DNA from: Octopus sinensis
Lineage: Eukaryota
NCBI RefSeq assembly: GCF_006345805.1
Contig: NC_043012.1
Coordinates: forward strand, 38,130,001-38,194,000
Reading direction: 5' to 3'
DNA: 64,000 nt
Every line of letters starts with the position of its first letter. The stretch's first letter is position 1. A program made the position numbers and the translations under genes. Of the stretch, positions 40,621-53,205 are shown one piece after another. The notes below the pieces were generated by a model that saw nothing but the letters and a program-made list of their open reading frames with translations, had not been told where the DNA came from and made no database searches.

Positions 40621-40718
40621 TATTTATGATGGGTTAAATCTATAGAGAAATCAGAATTAAGCGAGTTATCAGCTGTTTGCGTGTTTATACGTTTACAGAA
40701 CCTTCTGGCTGTCAGTCG

Positions 40719-40779
<61 letters not shown>

Positions 40780-40834
40780 ATATCTATCTATCTATCTATC
40801 TATCTATCTGTCTGTAGGTCTGTTCTGTCTGTCA

Positions 40835-40965
40835 CCCAATCACATCGCTCTGGGTTCAGTCCTGCTACGTGACACCTTGGCCAAGCTCCCTCTATTATAG
40901 CCTCGGGCCGGCCAAATCCGTGTGAGCAGATTTGGTAGACGGAAACGGAAAAAAGCCGATTGTAT
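40835..40965 (+). mobile_element. SINE family B 5' half
   Basis: gggttcagtcctgctacgtgacaccttggccaag...ggtagacggaaac. Confidence 0.75.
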
Positions 40966-40966
40966 G

Positions 40967-41012
<46 letters not shown>

Positions 41013-41054
41013 CATATATATATATAATAATGCGCTATAATAATACTATATATA

Positions 41055-41104
<50 letters not shown>

Positions 41105-41109
41105 GCGCT

Positions 41110-41285
41110 GGCTTAGATTTTCCTTTGGGGCTGGCCAGGTCGGAGCAATCTCAAGATTAATCAGCCGAAATTGCGAAGATGATCCGGTTCTCGACTGAAG
41201 ATTGAAGGCTTCGAATGTCCCGTCCGTGTTTTTTGTGTCGTCTTCTAGTGTTTCGCGTTCTTGTCCCAGTTTGTATTTTTTTACT
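41110..41285. repeat. short dispersed repeat between (TA)n tracts, related to 54308-54470
   Basis: Shared skeleton gcttaga..ccag.tcg..tctcaag..gcc.gaaa..gactgaaga..gaaggc..cccgtcc. Confidence 0.65.
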
Positions 41286-41287
41286 TT

Positions 41288-41350
<63 letters not shown>

Positions 41351-41406
41351 ATATATGCATGAATATGTATATATATGCATGTTAGGTATATATATAATAT
41401 ATGTAC

Positions 41407-41443
<37 letters not shown>

Positions 41444-41461
41444 TATATATATATATAATTC

Positions 41462-41682
41462 TTTATTGACCACAAGGAGCTAAGCATAGAGGGGACAAAA
41501 AAGGACAAAGGGATTAAGTCGATTACATAGACCCCAATGCGTAACTGGTACTTATTTAATAGACCCCGAAAGGATGAAAGGCAAAGTCGACCTCAGCGGA
41601 ATTTGAACTCAAAACGTAACGGCAGACGAAATACCGCTAAGCATTTCGGCCGGAGTGCTAACGATTCTGCCAGCTCGCAGCC
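41462..41682 (-). mobile_element. SINE family A, full length
   Basis: Near-identical to 26700-26915. Confidence 0.9.
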
Positions 41683-41709
41683 TTTGTGCGTGTGTGTGTG
41701 TCGATATAT

Positions 41710-42120
41710 ATACTCTTTTACTCTTTTACTTGTTTCAGTCATTTGACTGCGGCCATGCTGGAGCACCGCCTTTTTAGTCGAGCAAATCGACCCCGGGACT
41801 TATTCTTTGTAAGCCCAGTACTTATTCTATCGGTCTCTTTTGCCGAAACCGCTAAGTGACGGGGACGTAAACAACACCAGCATCGGTTGTCAAGCAATGC
41901 TACGGGGACAAACACACACACACACATACACATATATACATATATATACATATATACGACAGGCTTCTTTCAGTTTCCGTCTACCAAATCCACTCACAAG
42001 GCATTGGTCGGCCCGGGGCTATAGCAGAAGACACTTGCCCAAGATGCCACGCAGTGGGACTGAACCCGGAACCATGTGGTTGGTTAGCAAGCTACTTACC
42101 ACACAGTCACTCCTACGCCT
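41710..42120 (-). mobile_element. SINE family B, full length
   Basis: Near-identical to 38395-38866. Confidence 0.92.
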
Positions 42121-42226
42121 ATATATATATATATATATAAATAATAATAATAAATATTAGGGAATAAATCCAAACTTACAGGGAAAAATCAGATTTAGGA
42201 TTGAATCCAATTTTATAGTAAAATAT

Positions 42227-42583
42227 TATATTATATTAAATTAGAGACAAAACCACTATTATGCAAATCAAACAAAGAAAGACTTAATCCAATACATAAA
42301 TTAATTTATATTATTTACAAATTTAACAATTATTAATATCCACTACGATCGTTTCATGTCTTCTTTTCATCACATCTTTGAGTAGTAGACATTCTTCAGG
42401 TGGTTTCAAATATTCTTGGCGAGTTTAAACTATGATGTGATGAAAAGAAGACATGAAACGATCGTAGTGGATATTAATAATTGTTAAATTTCTAAATAAT
42501 ATAAATTAATTTATGTAATGGATTAAGTCTTTCTTTGTTTGATTTGCATAATAGTGGTTTTGTCTCTAATTTAATATAATATA
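42227..42583. mobile_element. foldback: 150-bp inverted arms with 57-bp spacer, PLE-like inverted terminus
   Basis: 42227-42376 versus 42434-42583, 2 mismatches by manual alignment. Confidence 0.9.
42340..42403 (-). ncRNA. intact minimal type I hammerhead ribozyme
   Basis: Minus strand ccac-CUGAAGA-AUGUC-N27-GACAU-GAAA-C-GAUC-G-UA-gugg: canonical core, 4-bp stem I, 5-bp stem II, 2-bp stem III with palindromic loop, GUA triplet. Confidence 0.85.
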
Positions 42584-42596
42584 TATATATATATAT

Positions 42597-43413
42597 AATT
42601 ATCAATAATAAAGGGTGAAATTAATTAATTTAGAAATAATCATCAATTTCTCCAAATAGAGTTCGGCATGTAAAAGACCCATTCAAGGAAGGTTTAAATA
42701 ATACTAAGTAATTAAGGGTTTAGCAACGATTTGCCTCACCACACACCGAATTTAGAAATAGCAGTCAAAAAGTTTTGGCTATTCCTTTCTACTTAAAAGG
42801 GAGATCCCAGTAAAACCAAAGCACTTAAAAAGCATCCGACGCAGGTAAAAAGAGAAGAAATGACGAAAATCATTCTATATTAAGTCACCTACGGACGTAC
42901 GTTTCGGAATTAAGTCTTGCAGAGCATAAAAATTAAATAATTATGTCTTACCTGACTATTTTCCTCCTCAGCGTAGGACTCTTCAATTATAAATAATTGC
43001 CGTCTCAATTATTATAAATTGTGAATAAATTTGAAGGCACTAGAAGACATCAACTCAACTCATGGTATCAGAGCGAGCGTAAGCCATTTACCAGTACCAC
43101 CAAATTCAAAGGGTGAATGAAAGTATGTCACCATCCCCCTTCCACCAGCGTGCTGCCAAAATAAGATGCTACAGTTTTTTTACTGGGATGAAATCCAATT
43201 ATCAATAATAAAGGGTGAAATTAATTAATTTAGAAATAATCATCAATTTCACCAAGTAGAGTTCGGTGGTAGTGGTGGTGGGGTGATAGTGGTGGTGGGG
43301 TGATAGTGGTGGTGGTAGAGGTGGTAGAAAGAATAGCCAAAACTTTTTGACTGCTATTTCTAAATTCGGTGTGTGGTGAAGCAAATCGTTGCTAAACCCT
43401 TAATTACTTAGTA
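42597..43413. repeat. rearranged repeat mosaic (direct + inverted copies)
   Basis: 42597-42665 repeated directly at 43197-43265; 42700-42791 repeated inverted at 43323-43413. Confidence 0.85.
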
Positions 43414-43447
43414 TATAATATAAACTATATATATATATATATATATA

Positions 43448-43523
<76 letters not shown>

Positions 43524-43559
43524 CTATACACATACACATATATATACAACACCACACAC

Positions 43560-43800
43560 AACTATGTATTTGTGTGTATGTCTGTGTGTCTGTGTTTGTT
43601 CCCCGCCACCGCTTGATAACCGGTGATGGTGTGTATAAGTCCCCGACACTTACCGGTGCGGCAAAAGAGACCAATAAAAATAAGTACAAGGCCTTTAAAA
43701 AAACCCAAATGCTGGGTCCAATACTTCCGAATAATATTCCTCAAGGCGGTGCCCCAGCATGGCCACAGTCTAATGAGTGAAACTGATAAAGGATAAAAGA
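43560..43800 (+). mobile_element. SINE family B 3' half, diverged
   Basis: tgtgtttgttcccc...gcaaaagagacc...ggcggtgccccagcatggccacagtc. Confidence 0.75.
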
Positions 43801-43957
43801 TAAACGATAACAACCACTTATACTACTCTCTGTGCGTGCACGAGGTGTTGTGTAAACGAGAGAGATGACACCGCTACCACCACCACCACCACCACCATCA
43901 CCCCACCACCACCGCTACCACCTCTACCACCACCACTATCACTCCACCACCACTACC

Positions 43958-43989
<32 letters not shown>

Positions 43990-44400
43990 CAAATACAATT
44001 TAATCATTGCGGTAATCATCATCACCGACGTCATTATCGTCATCATCATCATCACCATTGTTATCACTATCATCATGAGCGCCAGCAGCGGCATTAACTT
44101 CAGTAATTGAATCAAAAGCGAAATCAACGGCAGCAGCAGCAGCAGCAGCAGCAGCAGCGGCAACAACAACAGCTACAACAATAGAATTAATATCAACAAC
44201 GGACGCAGCAGCAGCGGCAACAAATTAATTTAAACATCGCCCAGAATCCCAAAATAAAATAAAAATGGCCACTCGTACACACAGCCACGTATTTATATAG
44301 AGAGAAGCATAACAAGTAATTGGACAGCTCCGAAGTTGTACGCAGCCACACAGCAGCTACACTCGACACACACGTATAGACATGATAGGAAACACGTCTG

Positions 44401-44443
<43 letters not shown>

Positions 44444-44768
44444 TGAGAGAGAGAGAGAGAGAGTTTGGGAAGCGACGTTTGTTGTTGCACAGAAACACAG
44501 AAGGAGAAAACACAGTCGTTGATCTGGTGGAAGAGAGGAGAAAATCTAACATGGAAAGGAGAAGGCGAAAAATTAATACATACGCATAGATGCACACGCA
44601 CACACACACGCACAAACACACATACACATACGAGTAAATAGGCGTACATGCATGCTAGCATACACACAGACAAATGTACAAATATACACATATATACGCT
44701 GATATGCATACATGAAGACACAAAGAGAGAAAACACACCGCACATACATAGATTCATAACTATATATA

Positions 44769-44836
<68 letters not shown>

Positions 44837-44845
44837 CTATATTAT

Positions 44846-44890
<45 letters not shown>

Positions 44891-47020
44891 TACATACACT
44901 ACATACATACACGTACGAACACACATATATAGTTGTACAAATACATACATATGACAAACGACACACATAAATACACGGACACAACGAGATAAATATAGAA
45001 GCACACATATAGATGTATAGCTAGACATACACATAAAGACACACACACAAACACATATAGTTGTAAAGAATACACCCATACATAAACACACGGACATAGC
45101 ACGATAACTGCACATGCCTATACATACTCAGTGACACACGCAAAAGCGTATACACACCAAGCGATAAATACACAAGTACACACACACACACACATAAATG
45201 CATAAATACACACACATAACTATACACACCCCCACACCCACACCGATAATTGAAAAAACAAAGAAGGGATTATTTTTAGGTTTAAAAAAATGCTGGATAA
45301 AGCCGGATGTGCGGTAAAAAATAAACTTACGGTCCCAGTTGTATCAGGTGTTGTATGAAAAGTTTAGGGAAGAAAAGGAAAGAAGCGAAAAATCAACAGC
45401 AGCCATGTTAGAATAACTAACGCTACCGCCGCCACCACCGCCACCTCCACCACCGCCTCCACCACCACCACCTCCACCTGCCAACTAATCCCTACCAACG
45501 CAATAAAACGAAATAAAACAAACTTGTATTACCACTCTGATCACGTCGACCACCACGACTACTGTGACAGCAAGAAAACAACAACAACAACAACAACAAC
45601 GGCCGCAGCAGCAACAGTGAACATCTCCCTTTAACTTGTAGCGTCGACGTTGTAATAACATCAACGAAACCAGGAGACAACGAAGAGCGAAAATAGAACG
45701 CACACACACACACACACACACACACACGCGTAGGCATGTACACGCAAGCACACACACACGCATACGCAGGAAACATACTCACACACCAAACATATACAAG
45801 CATTCATACGTGCACACGTACCTACTCCTGCATACACACACACACACACACACACACAGAAGCAGCGCACGAATACAAACATGAACACACATACACACAA
45901 CCGTCCCCCCCACCATACAAAACAGCAAACAATAGATTTAGATAAAATTAAACGTGAAATTAAAAGAAAAAATTAAATCATAAAAAAATAACAGCAAAAA
46001 AAAAAGAAAAATTAACAAAAATAGCAAAAGAAAGGAAATCCAAATATTATTTGGGAAAACATTAAGAATCAGACGTGATCGATGACTTCACAAATGCAAA
46101 CTATCAGGTTACAGGATCGTGTCAACATTAAATTACTTATAAAACAATATTTTTGTGCTTTGTTTTCGTAGATGTTTTCTCGAGACAATACCGCAGTTTA
46201 GAAGACATTCAACAATAGATATGTTTCAGTAGGACAGACTGATTGTTTATTTGAAGTAATAGTGCTTCCGTCGCTAACAATGAATTTTTATTCTCTTTAC
46301 CTGCTAAATGCTGCTTCAGTAAGCAACCAATTTTCGCTGAGCAAGCGGTGCCAGCTCAAAAATCCAGAAACCCAGATTTAGCAATACAACCGCTGCTGCT
46401 GGGAGTTACTCTACCCCCTGCTGCCAATATATTCCCGTTTTGTAACGCTGTACATGTATAAGAGTTGCTTTCTCGAGACGACTACAGCAGTTTAGAAGGC
46501 TTTCAAAACCATATATATACCTTAAATAGGTTATACAGATCGACAATTTAGCTAGACATACACATAAAGACACACATACACATAGGTATAAAAATACACA
46601 CATATGAACGCCGACACACATACATAAACACACGGACATAGCGCAATAAATACACAAACCTATACATACTCAGTGACACACGCATAAACATATACACCCC
46701 AAGTGATAAATAAACAAGAATACCCAGCGACGTTATTGTTGTTGTTGTTGTCTAGACTTGAGTCAATCCTGTTCCACTAAGCCTATAACAAAGACATTCC
46801 AGGCGTGACCATCCTGTCTTTTCTTGTCTTGAGGAAAGCCGGGACTATATTAACTAGTGGAGCAGTTAGAGATTGTCCTACTATTTCTCGCAAGTCGATA
46901 GACCAGCGTGCAGGTTTCATGAATGGCGACTGTTTATTTCTGGAAATATGGCGGGCGACTGACGGAACCGTTAAAGCCTCGAATAAAAGACTTTCAGACA
47001 TTTCATTCGATTCTCTACAC

Positions 47021-47309
47021 CAGTACTACTCAAAGTGGTGGTTCGCGTACCGGTGCCGGTTCGCGAGCCATCAGCCGCTCGTACGCGGCAAGTTTCCAGA
47101 AAAGAAAAAAACATTATATAATGCTTATGTAATATTGTATTATTTGTTTACAAAATAAATAGAAGATAAAAAAAAACCGTCGACATTTGTTATATTCATT
47201 ATATATATTGTTTCCGGTATAAATTAATATTACTAAGAAATATTTCCGGTCCCTGGCACATTAGAAAAAAAGTGTCGGTACCACACATCAAATAGTTTGA
47301 GAAGCACTG
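47021..47309. mobile_element. hAT (Charlie-like) MITE with perfect 8-bp TSD
   Basis: TIRs CAGTACTACTCAAA / TTTGAGAAGCACTG; CTCTACAC at 47013-47020 and 47310-47317. Confidence 0.92.
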
Positions 47310-47319
47310 CTCTACACCC

Positions 47320-47965
47320 TGGGTTCAAATTACACCACGGTCAATATTCATCCTTCACGTTTAATCAGCGATTTAACTGGTTTCAAATCTTGGCACAAGG
47401 CCAGTAATTTCGGGAGAGGGAGGAAGTTGATTACAATGTTCAAAGGATGAAAGGTGAAGACGACCTCGACGGAATTTGAACTCAGAGCGTAAAGTCGGGC
47501 GAAATAACGCTAAGCATGTTGCTCGTCGCTTTAACATTTCTGCCAGCTCGCCTTAACGATATTCCTTTCTACTCTTGGCACAAGACCCGAAATTTTTGGG
47601 GAGGGGGCCAGTCGATTAGATCGACTTCACTACGCAACCGGTATTTAATTTATCGACCCCGAAAGGATGAAAGGCAACGTCGACCTCGGCGGAATTTGAA
47701 CTCAGAACATAAAGTCAGATGAAATACCTATTTCTTTACTACCCACAAGGGGCTACACACAGAGGGGACAAACAAGGACAGACAAACGGATTAAGTCGAT
47801 TATCTCGACTCCAGTGCGTAACTGGCACTTATTTAATCGAACCCGAAAGGATGAAAGGCAAAGTCGACCTCGGCGGAATTTGAACTCAGAACGTAACGGC
47901 AGACGAAATACCGCTAAGCATTTCGCCCGGCCTGCTACCGTTTCTGCCCGCTCACCACCTTTCGT
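47320..47965 (-). mobile_element. tandem cluster of SINE family A copies
   Basis: aaaggatgaaagg..gtcgacctcggcggaatttgaactcaga occurs three times. Confidence 0.88.
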
Positions 47966-49901
47966 CTTAACAATATTATATATATTATTTATTTAGCGCT
48001 ATCATTAACACATATCATATACGTAAACAGTTAATTTGCTAAAACGAATCTATATTTCATTTCTGCTCTGGTACCTGTCTTCCTACCTACTCCCCTATCT
48101 CTCTCCCATCCCCTCACGTCACTCCGTATATATATATATATTATATATATATATATTATATATATATATATATATATAGGGTTTTTTTCAGGATTAAATA
48201 CAAAGACAAGCGGAAAATATGACCTACCAATATTGAACAAATAAAAATAAACGTGTAGTTAATAAGCAAACGAGCATATACTAAAAACACAGGCAGACAG
48301 AAAACATAGGTCACCAATTCTTAATTAGTTATCGACCAGAGGGGTCAAGCGCAATTTCGGCCATTATCGATAATATTGCTTCCACTCTGGAGGTACCGAC
48401 AAAGAACTTGTTAGAAATAGCACCTAAGCATAACAAAACGAGACGGGCTTGAGGCAAAACGATAAACAGAATAAAAGTTTAGAGACACACGAATACAACA
48501 ATTAATAATGATAACACATATACAACAAGAAGCCTTGGGGCTGCAAGACAAGACAAAAATAGGTAACGTGAAGGAGAAATGAAAACTGTCATATTTTCCG
48601 TTTGTTGCCTTTTGATTTAATCCTGAAAATATTATTTATGTAACGAATGCACTCATTTATTTTTTTAACTATGTATGTATGTATATATAAATAATTATAT
48701 ATATACAATAGTGACTGAAACTGCATTGCAGCAACTATATTACTGGAAATAAGAGTCAAAGACCCTTATAGCCACAAAGATATGTACTGAGATATGTACA
48801 AAGATATGTACTGACAGGGGAGCTTTCCACTCCGTAGCACTTTGACACATATTTCTAGCAATGTAGGTGCTACAATTACTTTTAGCAACAATCGAATTCT
48901 TCCTTTTTGTTTTTACATTCGTCTAGCCACCTCTATTATATATATATATATATAAATAATAGACTATGTACGTATGTGGACGTTATGAACACAGGAGGTT
49001 TTATGTCTATGTATTGTGAGAATATGGTTGCGTGTATTTTATATCTTTTATATTTTTTCTACATATTAGAGTAACCTGTCTTTTTTCAACGGTTTTTTAT
49101 AGCACCTGTTGCCATTAATAGCCGACGAGAATGCATCGTAGTTATAAGCTCCGGCATTTGAAACTCCGAGTACTATTATGACAACTTACTGATTGCCTTA
49201 AACTATATATATATATGAGTATATACATATGTATGTATGTATGTATGTTTGTATATATATATATACATACATATGTGCGTGATTACATAAATATATGCAC
49301 CACACGGTAGGTAATTACTGTTCTTAAGATCGCACCGATTTGCTTTCGTCATCAGCACTGCTGAGCCCGTGCTACTGCAGATCACCGGTATTCATTGAGT
49401 GCATTGCAAGGATAAATATCAGGTTTAAAAAATCCGACTGCTTTTGGATAATGAAAATATATTTGTTATCTCTTCATTTCGATAATTTTGCTTGTCTCTA
49501 GATACACGGTTATTTATTTCAAACAACATCAACTTTTGTGGACGGATGCTTATCAAATATTTGCTAATATTACGACGTCGAAAGCTTAAAAGATTATTGG
49601 GATAATCTATCGAAACACTTTGGAATAACATCCGATGCCATTAAATGATTGGCAGTTGGCTGAAAATTTGATTGGCAGTTAATTTCGAAAGAAATTTGTT
49701 TTAACATAGATTTCTAAATTTGACACAAGGCTAGGAGATTTTAGTGAGATGATAAAATCAGTTAAAGGATCCTCCGTATTTCGCTGGTATTTTTAAAAGT
49801 CCAATGTTGCAGGATTTGAATTCAGAGTATAAGGGGGACATAATTAAAAGACACAAAGTGTTTTGATCGACCCTTCATTATCCATATTTCGAATTATTAT
49901 T

Positions 49902-50309
49902 CTTTTACTCTTTTACTCTTTTACTTGTTTCAGTCATGTAACTGTGGCCATGCTGGAGCACCGCCTTTAGTCGAGTAAATCGACCCCAGGACTTATTCTT
50001 TGTAAGCCTAATACTTATTCGATCGGTTCTTTTGCCGAACTGGTAAGTTACGGGGACATGAACACACCAGCATCGGTTGTCAAGCGATGTTGGCGGGGAC
50101 AAACACAGTCACACAAACATATACACACACATATATATACATATATACGACGGGCATCTTCAGTTTCCGTCTACCAAATCCACTCACAAGTCTTTGGTCG
50201 GCCGTAGGCTATGATAGAAGACACTTGTCCAAAGTGCCAGGCGGTGGGACTGAACCCGGAACCATGTGGTTGGTAAGCAAGCTACTTACCACACAGCCAC
50301 TTCTACGCC
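49902..50309 (-). mobile_element. SINE family B, full length
   Basis: Same layout as 38395-38866. Confidence 0.9.
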
Positions 50310-50334
50310 CATAATTTTGTTCAATATTTCCGAG

Positions 50335-50590
50335 TGTGTACGTCTGTCTTGACGCTCTGAGTTCAAATTCCGCCGAGGTCGACCTTGTCTTTCATCCTTT
50401 TCGGGGTCGGTGAAATAAATACCAGTTGAGTACCGGGGTCGATGTAATCAACTTACCCTTCCTTCGAAATTGCTGGCCCTGGGCCAAAATTTGAAATTAA
50501 TATTTCTGAGCTTGTGAAGGCGGCGAGCGGGCACCGCTTTCTACTTTGTCTTTCATCCCTTCGGGGGTCGATAAAATAATTACCAGTGGA
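50335..50590 (+). mobile_element. SINE family A copies (one partial)
   Basis: ctgagttcaaattccgccgaggtcgacc core. Confidence 0.8.
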
Positions 50591-50699
50591 TCACTGGCAG
50601 TCAAATGACTGGAACAAGTAAAAAAGTAAAAGAGTAAAGGGTATATATATATATTCACCAAATACAAAAGAGGTTAAAGAAGAATTATATCAAATGAGT

Positions 50700-51060
50700 A
50701 AATAAAGCGATTCATTTCTTTGGATTGTGTGTAGAATTGTAAGGCCTAGAATAAGATCTATGACTTTGTCTCAATTCCTCTTTGTCACATTCACTGCTCC
50801 CATTATTATTGGCACTGTATGTAGGTTTATTCCCTGACTGGTTCCATGTGAACGTCCTTTGCTTCGATAGCTTCTCCACCTCCTTCCTGGCTACATTTCA
50901 GTGAGAACGAATCGAAATTATAGAAATTATAGAATGGATCCCTAATTACATCTGGCAAGTTGTTTTGATCTCTGTCAGTTTGGACAATTATTGTTCCAGA
51001 TTATTGTGGGTAGATCGTTGTCATGGACCGCATTTGGTACCCGTTCACACCATTTCTCCG
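50700..51060 (-). pseudogene. old R4/Dong endonuclease remnant
   Basis: IWN..VQTDR.IK...PDVI and TVPIIMGAVNVTKR..IDLILGL..LHTIQR parallel the C-terminus of 4481-6900, with frameshifts. Confidence 0.6.
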
Positions 51061-51114
51061 TTTTCCCATCCAAGTGTCACTCCAAGTGGATATAAATGTC
51101 AACTCGGTCTCATT

Positions 51115-51310
51115 TATTTCTCTACTTCGTTCAGTCATTCGGCTGCGGCCATGCTGGGGCACTGCTTTGAGGTGTTTTATTGGAACAATTCCACCCCAGT
51201 ACTCACTTTTTTTAAAAAAAAGTCTGGTACTTAATATACCAGACTCTTTAACCGAATCGCTAAATGATGTGGACATAAACAAAGCAACACTGGTTATAAA
51301 GCGGTGCCAG
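51115..51310 (-). mobile_element. SINE family B 3' half
   Basis: ctgcggccatgctggggcactg...accgaatcgctaa. Confidence 0.7.
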
Positions 51311-52189
51311 GACGGACATATGCATATATACATTCTTGCAGCAGCAGTAGCAGCAGGAGCAACAACAACAAAACTATAACCATCAACATGACCATCAAGA
51401 TTAACAATCGACTCTGAAATCACCATCATAAGTATCATCATAATCATCAACATCGTCAGCATCAACAGCACCATCAACGTCCCCGACTTCAACATCTACG
51501 GAAACATCATCATCGATAGAACCGTCAACAGCAACAGCATAAACATCAGCATCATCTTAAACATCATCATAGACATCATCATCATAAATCTCATCATAAG
51601 CATCAACAACGTCATAAGCACCATCATAAACATCAACAACGTCATCATAAACATCATTATAAACCACATCAGTATCATAAATCTCATCATAAGCATCACC
51701 TTCTTAACCATCAAGATCGTCATAAACATTGTCATTTATACAGTCACCAACGTCATCAAAATAAACATCAGCGTCATAAGCATCATCATAAACATCATCA
51801 ACATCACATTATCATCATAAACAAGATCAGCATCATAAGCCTCATCATAAACGTCAACATCATCATAATACACATCAACACCAACACCATCATCATAAAC
51901 ATGAGCACCACTTTTGACGTCAGGACGGAACACGAAAATTAATAAATTTTCTCACGGAAGGAAAGAAAAAAGATAATTCGATGCCTCTCTCACCGCCCCA
52001 TTTTCGTCGTTTCCCCGTTTTTGAGGTTAAAAAAGGAAAAAAAAGTGTGTCTGATCTGATTAAAGTGAGATGACAGATAGAGAGGAAGTATGATTAACGG
52101 AATAACGAATAATACAGGAATATCGCGAGAGAGAGATATTGTCTGTGGTCGATAAAGAGGGAGAAAAATATTAAAAACTCATTAATACC

Positions 52190-52250
<61 letters not shown>

Positions 52251-52299
52251 ATAATAATAATTACAACAACAACAACAATAATAATATTTTCTACTATAG

Positions 52300-52845
52300 G
52301 CACAATGCCTGAAATTTTGGGGGCAGTGGTATGTCGATTACATCGACCCCAGTACTCGATTGGTACTCGATTGGTACTTAATATTATTTATTTATTTACG
52401 CGCTCTTTTCAAGCCTAGCCAGACTCATGGGCCTGGTTTCCCGGTTTTTATGGCATATGTATTCCCCCCAGCTGGACGGGACGCCAGTCCATCGCAGCGT
52501 TACTCAAGAAACAGGAAGAGAGAGTGAGAGAAAGTTATGGCGAAAGAGTACAACAGGGGTCGCCACCGTCCCCTGCCGGAGTCTCGTGGAGCTTTAGGTG
52601 TTTTCGCTCAATAAATACACACAACGCCCGGTCTTGGAATCGAAACCGCGATCCTCCGATCACGAGTCCGCTGCTCTAACCACTGGGCCATTGCACCTCC
52701 ACGGTACTTAATGTACCAGCCGCGAAAGGATGAAAGGCAAAGTCAACTCTGGCGGAATTTGAACTCAGAACATGCAGACGCTAAGCATTCTGCCGCTAAG
52801 CATTCTGCCCGGCGTGCAAACGATTCTGCCAGCTCGCTGCCTTAA
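52300..52845 (-). mobile_element. SINE family A split by a family C insertion
   Basis: 52300-52382 and 52703-52845 join into one family A copy. Confidence 0.8.
52383..52702 (-). mobile_element. tRNA-derived SINE family C with 10-bp TSD
   Basis: Head tggcccagtggttagagcagcggactc...gtttcgattcc; (TAAA)n tail; ggtacttaat at 52373-52382 and 52703-52712. Confidence 0.88.
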
Positions 52846-52873
52846 CAATTTTACAGTTATTTGAGCAACCCCC

Positions 52874-52874
<1 letters not shown>

Positions 52875-52907
<33 letters not shown>

Positions 52908-52950
52908 TAATAATAATAATAATAATAGTAATAATAATAATAATAATATA

Positions 52951-52988
<38 letters not shown>

Positions 52989-53129
52989 GTAATAATAATG
53001 ATAATAATAATAATAATAATAATAACAAGAACAACAACAACAACAACAATAATAATAATAACAACAATGATAATAATAACAATGATGATGATGATAATAA
53101 TAATAATAATGATAATGATAATAATAATA

Positions 53130-53193
<64 letters not shown>

Positions 53194-53205
53194 TAATAAT
53201 AATAA
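52875..53205. repeat. (TAA)n compound microsatellite
   Basis: Direct reading. Confidence 0.95.

Noticed and set aside
46150-46240. Strong-looking splice acceptor ttttgtgctttgttttcgtag
   Set aside because: All three downstream frames stop within about 60 nt and no clear donor is present
49330-49370. CTGATGA-C-GAAA on the minus strand (hammerhead or C-box)
   Set aside because: No room for stem II, no stem I/III partner and no clear D box
52630-52702. tRNA gene
   Set aside because: No closed acceptor stem; it continues into a SINE body with tail and TSD
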